Positions 54,530 through 62,728 of a stretch of DNA of 64,000 bases are shown piece after piece (position 1 is the stretch's first letter; each line of letters opens with the position of its first letter). Below the pieces are notes generated by a model, which was not told the origin of the DNA, made no database searches, and worked only from the letters and a program-made list of their open reading frames with translations. The DNA is from an uncultured cyanobacterium (GTDB lineage Bacteria; Cyanobacteriota; Cyanobacteriia; PCC-6307; Cyanobiaceae). Both the position numbers and the translations under genes were made by a program. The stretch spans positions 1 through 64,000 of the forward strand of contig CAVXWZ010000001.1 of the NCBI GenBank assembly GCA_963765575.1. Direction: 5' to 3'.

Positions 54530-55846
54530 TCAGGGGCTGAATGTGTAGGTCAGGCCGGTGAGATACTGGTAATTCAGGCTATTACTTCGATTGTCCGGGC
54601 TTTCGCTGGCGTACCTTGCAAGAATTCGACTGTTCCAAGCCCAGTTCTTTCGAATGGGTATCTTCAGATTCAGATCGACATAGGCAAAATACTCGTCGAA
54701 TTGTTCTGAGCCTGTGCCCACTGCAAGCAAGGGTGAGAATGTGGCCTCGCCAATCGAAAATCCACGGCCGTAGAGAATTAGGCCAATCACTGGTGATAGC
54801 CGATCACGGACAACGTCTTCATTGATCTCGTCATATTCATATCGTGCTCCAAAGCCCAGCTGGAGATCCAGGAAATTCTCGATTGTTTCACCTCTCCACA
54901 GGTTGATGCCTGGCCCCAGAAAAGTGGAATTCACGACTGTGGTGTCTTCGTCGTCAGTGCTGCCGGTGATCACGCCCGAATTAACAGCAGTGAAGTTGCC
55001 TGCAAAAAGATTCCATGTGTCATTCAGGTGATAGCGATAGACTGCGGTTGAGCTCACGTTGGGCTTGAGGCGATTAACGTCTCGCCCGCTGTCATAATTC
55101 AAGCTAGCGATGATGTCAAAACCTAGATCTTGATTTGTCCATGGCTTGAACAGGCTCAACGTGGCACTGCCGTTGGCGGTGACATCATTGAACGATGTGC
55201 CACTGACTGCAAGGCCTCCTGTCAGTCGTCGAGGTGCTTCCGCAAAGGGGTAGGACGGCCCGCGCTCCCTGTCTGCACGACTGGCCATTGCTTCCTCGTC
55301 CAGGGTGCGGGCTGTGTCCCCTTCCCCCAGGGCCCCATATCCCAGGGCGACCTGCTGCTTGAGATCTGATCTGGATGGGGATGGCGGCATGGCCACCAAT
55401 GCTTTTCTGGCATCTTCAAGTGTCAACTTGGCAGCTTCTTCGTCTCCCAGTTGCGCTTGTAAGCGTGCAATTTGCAGCAATTCCAGCACTTGTCGAGCTG
55501 AACCAGGCTTCGTTAACACCTCCTCTTTGGCCCTGACCAGCAGTGGTGCCACATCGTCTGAACAGGCAGTGGCCACGCACCAGGCGACCCGGTCAAGGAG
55601 GAACTTCGCGTTGCGTGCTACGCCCTGGTGGTCGTCACCTCGCTCATCGTCGTGGTTGCCGTCGCTTCCATTGGGCGCGACGACGTTGATCGTGGGGTTT
55701 GCCCCTTGGGTTGTCCCTCGCCTTGTCGACGCGATCGGATGGTATCGCCTGTGCGCTTGCGTTGCAGGGGCGTCGCTGGCAGAAACCGTGCTGGGCGCCA
55801 AGGTCAGGAGACACAGCCAGCCGGCGAGCTGGGGCCGGGACAACAT
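54530..55846 (-). CDS. Outer-membrane beta-barrel (DUF481-like) with N-terminal TPR-like helical domain
   Basis: Signal peptide, TPR-like A.LQ..LGD..AA..L..A segment, amphipathic strands, terminal LTGLTYTF. Confidence 0.7.
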   Translation of the reverse strand: MLSRPQLAGWLCLLTLAPSTVSASDAPATQAHRRYHPIASTRRGTTQGANPTINVVAPNGSDGNHDDERGDDHQGVARNAKFLLDRVAWCVATACSDDVAPLLVRAKEEVLTKPGSARQVLELLQIARLQAQLGDEEAAKLTLEDARKALVAMPPSPSRSDLKQQVALGYGALGEGDTARTLDEEAMASRADRERGPSYPFAEAPRRLTGGLAVSGTSFNDVTANGSATLSLFKPWTNQDLGFDIIASLNYDSGRDVNRLKPNVSSTAVYRYHLNDTWNLFAGNFTAVNSGVITGSTDDEDTTVVNSTFLGPGINLWRGETIENFLDLQLGFGARYEYDEINEDVVRDRLSPVIGLILYGRGFSIGEATFSPLLAVGTGSEQFDEYFAYVDLNLKIPIRKNWAWNSRILARYASESPDNRSNSLNYQYLTGLTYTFSP

Positions 55847-56067
55847 GTCACTCAACCACCAGCGCCAGCCTTCCAAGATCGCAGCCGTTCAATGGAGATA
55901 GGGTACCCCGATGGTCTTGGGTAGGTCTTGACTCTGGTCTTCCCTTGGCAGGACTGAAGCGCGACTTTCGGCTGCAGATCGTCAAGTCTTCACGTGCCCG
56001 TTGCATTGTTGCGTCTTGGCGGTGCTCGGCGCCGCTGGCCCTGGCGTTTTCCGACTCGCGCGCTCGA

Positions 56068-56583
56068 TCAGGTAGGCAGCCGCTGTGGCGAGGTGAGCAG
56101 GTTCACGGCGGAGAAGGCCAGGCCGATGCCCAGCAGTGTGCCGATTGCCCACACACTGTCGCTCGGCCACTCGGCGATCAGCATGCCGCCGAGCACGGTG
56201 GTGACGATGCCATCGAGCAGCACCAGGGTCCGGGCCTGTCCCTGGCCTGCGGCCGCCGCAGCCAGCTCCATCACCCCCTGGAAGGCCAGCAGGAACCCCA
56301 CGAACAGGGTGAGGCTCACCTCGCTGGCCAGGGGATAGAACAGCACCCAGATTCCGCCGCCGCCGTAGAGGAGGGCGGAGAGCAGCCGAAACGCCTTGCC
56401 ACGCAGTTCCGGTTCACCGCTGAGGCGTAGGGCCTGGGAGATGCCGGCGGCGATGGCCACACCGCCGATCGCGATTGTGAGCAGGGTGGCCGAGACGAAC
56501 GGCAGGGCAATCGAAAGTCCAGCGGCCACGAAGAGCAGCAGGGCGGCGATCCAGCGCAGGGCCGGCGAGGTGAGCAGGGACAC
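56068..56583 (-). CDS. hdeD: HdeD/DUF308 acid-resistance-family membrane protein
   Basis: Six TM segments; P..S..SLTLFVG..L..QG, WPSDSVWAIGTLLGI.L..S. Confidence 0.85.
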   Translation of the reverse strand: MSLLTSPALRWIAALLLFVAAGLSIALPFVSATLLTIAIGGVAIAAGISQALRLSGEPELRGKAFRLLSALLYGGGGIWVLFYPLASEVSLTLFVGFLLAFQGVMELAAAAAGQGQARTLVLLDGIVTTVLGGMLIAEWPSDSVWAIGTLLGIGLAFSAVNLLTSPQRLPT

Positions 56584-56766
56584 AGAGCCAAAGCCGGTGG
56601 GTGAACCCTAGGGGGACTCCAGGACCAGGCAGCGGGAATCACCGTGCCGGGGTGTTAGCGGTTGCTGATCCCAGCTGCGGGCTTGTGGCAAAGCATCACA
56701 GGACACAGGCTCGCCCCGGCAGGTTCGCCACATTGAGAAGGCCCTGCCCCCGAGCTGAAGCACTGC

Positions 56767-57264
56767 ATGCTTGAGCTTCTCCCTGCGCTCAACGATCACA
56801 ACCTCCCCTGGATGGACACCATCCACCCGATCGTGGTGCACTTCGTGATCGCCATGGCCCTGATCAGCGTGCTGTTCGATCTGATCGGCCGCTTCGCCCG
56901 CCGACCGGCGCTGTTCGAGGTGAGCTTCTGGAACCTTCTGGTGGCCACCCTGGCCATCTTCGTGGCCATCATCTTCGGCCAGATCGAGGCGGGCCTGGCC
57001 AATCCCTACGGTCAGGCCAGCAGTGTGCTTAACCTGCACAGCACCCTGGGCTGGTCGCTGGCCGGGGTGCTGTCCCTGCTGTCGGGCTGGCGGTATGTGA
57101 TCCGCAGCCGCGACCCGTTGCGCTTGCCGCCTGCCTTCCTCGGCGCCGACGTGGTGCTGAGCGCGCTGGTGGTGGTTCAGGTGTTGCTGGGCAACCAGCT
57201 GGTGTGGGTCTACGGGCTGCACACGGTGCCCGTGGTGGAGGCCGTGCGGGCGGGGCTGGTGTGA
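56767..57264 (+). CDS. DUF2231-domain membrane protein 1
   Basis: IHPIVVHFVI, H in NLHSTLG, LG.QLV..YGLH. Confidence 0.85.
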   Translation: MLELLPALNDHNLPWMDTIHPIVVHFVIAMALISVLFDLIGRFARRPALFEVSFWNLLVATLAIFVAIIFGQIEAGLANPYGQASSVLNLHSTLGWSLAGVLSLLSGWRYVIRSRDPLRLPPAFLGADVVLSALVVVQVLLGNQLVWVYGLHTVPVVEAVRAGLV

Positions 57265-57863
57265 TGGCAGCCATCTCGCCAGTGGCCGAGCAGCTCGGGC
57301 CGAACCAGCTGCCCTACGCCCTGCCGGTGCACCCCAACCTGGTGCACTTCACCATCGGGCTGTTCGTGATCGCCATCGTCTTCGACATTGCCGGCGCCCT
57401 GTTCCCGCTGGAGAAGCGCCTGTTCCGCTTCCTGGCCCTGCCGGTGACCCGGGCCGGCTTCCACGATGTGGGCTGGTACAACCTGCTGGCCTGCGCCGCG
57501 GTGAGTTTTCTCACGGTGGCGGCTGGCTTCTACGAGATGCTGCTGGCGGTGCCGATCACTGGGGTGCGCAGCGACTTCGGCCTCGGCAGCATGGCCACCA
57601 TGCTCTGGCACGGGGTGGGCGGTGTGGTGCTGCTGCTGTTGATCGTGGCCATGGCGGTGTGGCGGGGCCTGCAGCGCTTCAGCTGGCGCCGCGACCTGGG
57701 CCGCCAGGTGCAGTGGAGCTATCTGCTGGCCGGCCTGGGGTTGTTTGTGCTGATCGGCCTGCACGGCACCCTCGGCGCCCAGCTGGCGGGCGAGTTCGGC
57801 GTGCACGTCACCGCCGACCAGCTGCTGGCTGCCGGGGTCAACCTGCGGGAGGCCCTGCCATGA
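57264..57863 (+). CDS. DUF2231-domain membrane protein 2
   Basis: VHPNLVHFTI, MLWHGVGG, LHGTLGAQL..FGVH. Confidence 0.85.
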   Translation: MAAISPVAEQLGPNQLPYALPVHPNLVHFTIGLFVIAIVFDIAGALFPLEKRLFRFLALPVTRAGFHDVGWYNLLACAAVSFLTVAAGFYEMLLAVPITGVRSDFGLGSMATMLWHGVGGVVLLLLIVAMAVWRGLQRFSWRRDLGRQVQWSYLLAGLGLFVLIGLHGTLGAQLAGEFGVHVTADQLLAAGVNLREALP

Positions 57864-58789
57864 CCACCACGGTATCCCGGGGGCCGCGGCTCTGGGCTGT
57901 GGCGCTGCTGCTGGCTGCGGTGCTCAGCGATCTGGCCGCCAGCCTGTGGATGGCCGCCCAGTCGCACCGCTGGCTGCCGGTGCCGGCATCGGCGGCCGCC
58001 GGTCCGGTGGACGACCTGTTCGCCCTGGAGGTGGGCATCGGCAGCTTCATCTTCCTGGGCTGCAGCGGCGTGATGCTCTGGACCCTGCTGTTCAACCGCG
58101 CCCCCAAGTACGACCTCGACAACGGCGATCCGATCGAGGGCAACCTGAAGCTGGAGATCGTGTGGACGCTGATCCCGCTGGTGATCGTGATGTTGATCGC
58201 CTGGAAGGCGATCGCTGTGAGCGACACCCTCGCCACCCTGGGGGGCAAGGTGCGCGTCAGCGGTGGCCACGCCGCCATGCACGGCGCCGAGGGCCCCGCC
58301 TTAGCGGCGAGCCCGATTCAGGTGATCGGCCGCCAGTGGAGCTGGGAGTTCATCTACCCCAACGGCGTGCACAGCAGTGAGCTGCACCTGCCCGAAGGCC
58401 AGCGCAGCTTTCTGCGCCTGGAGGCCACCGACGTGATCCACGGCTTCTATGTGCCGGCCTTCCGGCTCAAGCAGGACCTGATCCCCGGCAGCGTCATCGA
58501 CTACAGCCTCATCCCCACCCGCGCCGGCCGCTACCGGCTGCGCGATTCGATGTTCAGCGGTGGCTACTTTTCCACCAACCAGACTGACGTGGTGGTGGAG
58601 CCGGTGGAGGTGTATCAGGGCTGGCTGGAGCAGGCCCTGCGCCAGCCGCTGCGGCCCGCCGCCAACGCCGCCAGCGACCTCTACAGCCAGCGTCTGGCCC
58701 GGGGTGACCGGGGCTGGGCCACGGTGCCGCCGGCGCCCCCCCCCCAGGTGCACGTGAGTGCCGATCCCACCGCCAGCCACGAGGGCTGA
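57860..58789 (+). CDS. ctaC: Heme-copper oxidase subunit II, CuA-less (ARTO type)
   Basis: LEIVWTLIP, QWSWEFIY, DVIHGFYVP; the CuA motif CxExCGxxHxxM is replaced by DSMFSGGYFSTN. Confidence 0.92.
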   Translation: MTTTVSRGPRLWAVALLLAAVLSDLAASLWMAAQSHRWLPVPASAAAGPVDDLFALEVGIGSFIFLGCSGVMLWTLLFNRAPKYDLDNGDPIEGNLKLEIVWTLIPLVIVMLIAWKAIAVSDTLATLGGKVRVSGGHAAMHGAEGPALAASPIQVIGRQWSWEFIYPNGVHSSELHLPEGQRSFLRLEATDVIHGFYVPAFRLKQDLIPGSVIDYSLIPTRAGRYRLRDSMFSGGYFSTNQTDVVVEPVEVYQGWLEQALRQPLRPAANAASDLYSQRLARGDRGWATVPPAPPPQVHVSADPTASHEG

Positions 58790-58809
58790 TTCTCCATCCC
58801 GCCCCCGCC

Positions 58810-60530
58810 ATGACCAGCACCGCCCCAGCCCCCACTCCCTCCTTCGATCCCCGCGTGCTGCGGGCGCCCCATCCGGTGCCCGGAGCGCCGAACAACTGGC
58901 GGCGCTTTCTGAGCTTCAACACCGACGCCAAGGTGATCGGTCTGCAGTACATGCTCGACGTCGCTGTTCTTCCTGCTGGTGGGCGGACTGCTGTCGATGA
59001 TCATGCGCGGCGAGCTGATCACGCCGGCAGCGGATCTGGTGGATCCCACGCGTGTACAACGGCCTCTACACGATGCACGGAACGGTGATGCTGTTCCTGT
59101 TTCTGTTCCCGATCCTCAACGGCTTCAACAACCTCTTGATTCCGCCCATGATCGGCGCCCCGGACATGGCCTTCCCGCGTCTCAATGCGGCGGCTTTCTG
59201 GATGGTGCCGGTGTTCGGCCTGATCCTGATGGCCAGCTTCCTGGTGCCCGGCGGGCCCTCCGGTGCCGGCTGGTGGGCCTACCCACCCCAGAGCATCCAG
59301 AACCCCCTTGGCCATTTCATCAATGGCCAGTTCCTGTGGATTCTGGCGGTGGCCCTCTCGGGGATCTCCTCGATCATGGGGGCGGTGAACTTCATCACCA
59401 CAATCATCCGCATGCGGGCGCCGGGCATGGGCTGGTTTCGCATGCCTATCTTCTGCTGGACGGCGGTCGCCGCCCAGGCGATCCAGTTGATCGGCCTGCC
59501 GGTGCTCACCGCCGGGGCGGTGCTGCTGTTGTTTGATCTCAGCTTTGGCACCAGCTTTTACAGGCCGGAGGGGGGCGGTGATCCGATGCTGTATCAGCAC
59601 TTCTTCTGGTTCTATTCCCACCCGGCGGTGTATGTGATGGTGCTGCCCGTGTTCGGCATCTTCTCAGAGCTGTTGCCGGTGTATTCCCGCAAGCCTTTAT
59701 TTGGCTATCACGTGGTGGCGATCGCATCGTTTGCAATCACCTTTCTCAGCCTGATCGTGTGGGTGCACCACATGTTCTACAGCGGCACGCCGCAGTGGAT
59801 GCGCAATGTCTTCATGGTCACCACCATGCTGATCGCGATACCCACCGGCATCAAGGTGTTCGCCTGGATCGCCACCCTGTGGCGCGGCAAGTTGCGGCTC
59901 ACCACGGCGATGCTGTTCTGCCTGGGCGGATTGTTCAACTTCATCTTTGCCGGCATCACCGGCATCATGCTGGCCACCGTGCCGGTGGACATCCACGTGG
60001 GCAACACCTACTTCGTGGTGGGCCATTTCCACACCGTGATCTTCTCCACGATCACCTACGGCGTCTTTGCCGGGATCTATCACTGGTTCCCGAAGTTCAC
60101 CGGCCGAATGATGTATGAGGGCCTCGGCAAGCTGCATTTCGTGCTCACCTTCATCGGCAGCCAGCTCACTTTCCTGCCCATGCACTCAGCCGGGCTGATG
60201 GGCATGCCACGGCGGGTGGCCTCCTACGACCCGGAGTTTGCCTTCGCCAACGTGCTCGCCAGCCTCGGTGCCTTCCTGCTGGGGGTGGCCACGATCCCTT
60301 TTCTGCTCAACCTGGTGAGCTCCTGGGTGCGGGGCGAGAAGGCGCCGCCCAACCCCTGGAACGCCATCGGCCTGGAGTGGCTGCTGCCCTCACCGCCGCC
60401 AGCCGAGAACTTCGAGCACGATGTGCCCACGGTGGTGAGTGGCCCCTACGGCTACGGCCTCAACCGCCCTCTGGTGCTCGACGAGGAGCGCTACGTGGCC
60501 AAGGCCGCCCACACCGCCAAGGGAGCCTGA
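58810..60530 (+). CDS. ctaD: Heme-copper oxidase subunit I (ARTO), two +1 frameshifts near 58956 and 59051
   Basis: TDAKVIGLQY / MRGELITP / MHGTVM, YSHPAVY, WVHHM and HFH ligands spread over three successive frames. Confidence 0.9.
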
Positions 60531-60534
60531 CGTC

Positions 60535-61146
60535 ATGACCACCACCACGCCCACCTCGGCCGACCCGTCCGCTCAGAGCGCTGCCCACAGCAACCACGCC
60601 CACGGCGATCACACCCTCACGGGCTTCGTGATCTTCCTGCTGTCCGAAAGCGTGATTTTCCTGGCCCTGTTCGCCGGTTACGTCATCTACAAGACCTCCT
60701 CTCCCCTGTGGCTGCCCCCTGGGGTGGAGGGGCTGGAGGTGGCTGAACCGCTGCGCTTCACCGTGGTGCTGGTGAGCAGCAGCGGTGTGATCTATTTGGC
60801 GGAGCGTGCATTGCACCGGGGCCGGCTGCGGCAGTTTCGCGCCTGGTGGCTGCTCACCATGGCCATGGGGGTGGTGTTCCTGGTGGGGCAGGGTCTTGAA
60901 TGGGCGGCGCTGCCCTTCGGTCTGGGGGATGGCGTGTACGGCGCCAGTTTTTATCTGCTCACCGGTTTCCACGGCCTGCATGTGCTCACCGGCGTGGTGC
61001 TGATGGGGCTGATGCTGGCCCGCTCCTTCCGAGCTGGTAATTACGACGGTGGCTCGGTGGGGGTGACGGCCGTGTCACTGTTCTGGCACTTTGTGGATGT
61101 GATCTGGGTGGTGCTGTTTCTGCTCATTTACGTGTGGCAGCACTGA
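60535..61146 (+). CDS. ctaE: Heme-copper oxidase subunit III
   Basis: FLLSESVIF, FYLLTGFHGLHV, FWHFVDVIW. Confidence 0.95.
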   Translation: MTTTTPTSADPSAQSAAHSNHAHGDHTLTGFVIFLLSESVIFLALFAGYVIYKTSSPLWLPPGVEGLEVAEPLRFTVVLVSSSGVIYLAERALHRGRLRQFRAWWLLTMAMGVVFLVGQGLEWAALPFGLGDGVYGASFYLLTGFHGLHVLTGVVLMGLMLARSFRAGNYDGGSVGVTAVSLFWHFVDVIWVVLFLLIYVWQH

Positions 61147-61159
61147 TGGGGCTCTCGCA

Positions 61160-62686
61160 ATGATCATCGACGACACGATCTACGACGTGGTGGTGATCGG
61201 CAGCGGCGCCGGTGGCGGCACCCTGGCGGGTGAGCTGGCGGAATTGGGGCGGAAGGTGCTGCTGCTGGAGCGGGGCCTCCCCCTTCCCCTCGACGAACAG
61301 AACCTGGCCGACATCAGCCTGTTCCGGACGCCCCGCTACCACCCCCCGGAGCCCTGGTTCGGTCCGGATGGCGATCCCTTTTCCCCCCAGATGCTCTATG
61401 CCATGGGCGGCAACACCAAGATCTGGGGGGGGGTGCTGCAGCGGCCCCGGGAGGCCGAGTTCACCGGCGTGCGCCTGCAGGAGGGCACCAGTCCCGACTG
61501 GGGTCTGCGCTACGCCGATTTCGAGCCCTTCTTCGAGCGGGCCGAGCAGCTCTACAGCGTGCACGGCGCGGCTGGCGGGGATCCCAGCGAACCGCCCCGG
61601 CGCGGGGGCTATGGGTACGCTCCCCGGCCGATCGAGCCCTTTCTCGAGGCCATCGGCGCGGGGCTTGAGCGCCAGGGGCTGCATCCCTTCCCTCTGCCCC
61701 TGAGCTGGACCACCTCCGGAGACGACCCCAGTGGCGATGCCGAGCGGTTCGGCGTCGACCGTGCCTGCGCCATCACCCCCGCGGATGGTTTTCGCCTGGT
61801 GGGCGGCGCCAGAGTGCTGGCTCTTCACGTCAACCCCGCCGGCACCGAGGTGCAGGGGGTGGAGGCGGAGCTGGAGGGCGAGCGCTGGCTGTTCCGCGGC
61901 CGCCAGGTGGTGCTGGCCGCCGGGGCGATCAACACGCCGGCCATCCTGCTGGCTTCCGCCACCGCCAGCCACCCCGCCGGCCTGGCGAATGGCTCGGGTC
62001 AGGTGGGCCGCAACCTGATGAAGCTCCAGCTCAGCGCCCTCCTGCAGCGGGCCAGCGAGCCCAATTCCGGCCGCTACGGCCGCAGCCTGGGGGTGAACGA
62101 TTACCTCTGGGGCGACCGCAACGTCGACTACGGGCTGGGCAGCATTCAGAGCGGTGGCGGCGTGTTGCAGGATCCCCTGTTCGCCGAATCGCCGCCGCTG
62201 CTCTCGCTGGTGAGCCGCCTGCTGCCCGATGCCGCCCTGGAGTGGCTGGCCGACCGCTCGGTGAGCTGGTGGGCGATGAGCAGTGTGCTGCCCGATCCCG
62301 ACAACCGGGTGAGCCTCGAGAAGGGCCGCATCCGCATCGACTACCTGGCCAACTGCCGCGAGGGTCACGACCGGCTCGTGTACCGCTGGCTGGACACGAT
62401 CAAGAAGCTGGAGCGTGATCCGCTCACCAACGTGGTGACCAGGGCGCCGATCTATCCCCGCGGCGAAGCGCCGCTGGCGGTGATGGGCTATGCCTGCGGC
62501 ACCTGCCGCATGGGGGCCGATCCCTCCACGTCGGTGGTGGATCTCGAGGGTCGGGTCCATGGCCTGGCCAACCTCTGGATCGCCGATGCCAGCGTGCTGC
62601 CCAGCTGTCCGACGGTGGGTCTGGGCCTCACCGTGATCGCCAACGCCCTGCGCATCGCCGCCCAGCTGAGTGCTGCCCTGAGCTGA
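61160..62686 (+). CDS. GMC-family FAD oxidoreductase
   Basis: VIGSGAGGG, LLERG, GGNTKIWG, LAAGAINTP.ILL.S, VGRNLM, GTCRMG, NLWIADAS. Confidence 0.92.
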   Translation: MIIDDTIYDVVVIGSGAGGGTLAGELAELGRKVLLLERGLPLPLDEQNLADISLFRTPRYHPPEPWFGPDGDPFSPQMLYAMGGNTKIWGGVLQRPREAEFTGVRLQEGTSPDWGLRYADFEPFFERAEQLYSVHGAAGGDPSEPPRRGGYGYAPRPIEPFLEAIGAGLERQGLHPFPLPLSWTTSGDDPSGDAERFGVDRACAITPADGFRLVGGARVLALHVNPAGTEVQGVEAELEGERWLFRGRQVVLAAGAINTPAILLASATASHPAGLANGSGQVGRNLMKLQLSALLQRASEPNSGRYGRSLGVNDYLWGDRNVDYGLGSIQSGGGVLQDPLFAESPPLLSLVSRLLPDAALEWLADRSVSWWAMSSVLPDPDNRVSLEKGRIRIDYLANCREGHDRLVYRWLDTIKKLERDPLTNVVTRAPIYPRGEAPLAVMGYACGTCRMGADPSTSVVDLEGRVHGLANLWIADASVLPSCPTVGLGLTVIANALRIAAQLSAALS

Positions 62687-62728
62687 CCCAGCGCGAGCCT
62701 GGCCGGCGAAGCCCCGCCGATGGAGGCA

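Noticed and set aside
56684..56700. CRP-like site TGTGG-N7-TCACA upstream of the ARTO operon
   Set aside because: Spacer is 7 rather than 6 nt and one half-site is mismatched
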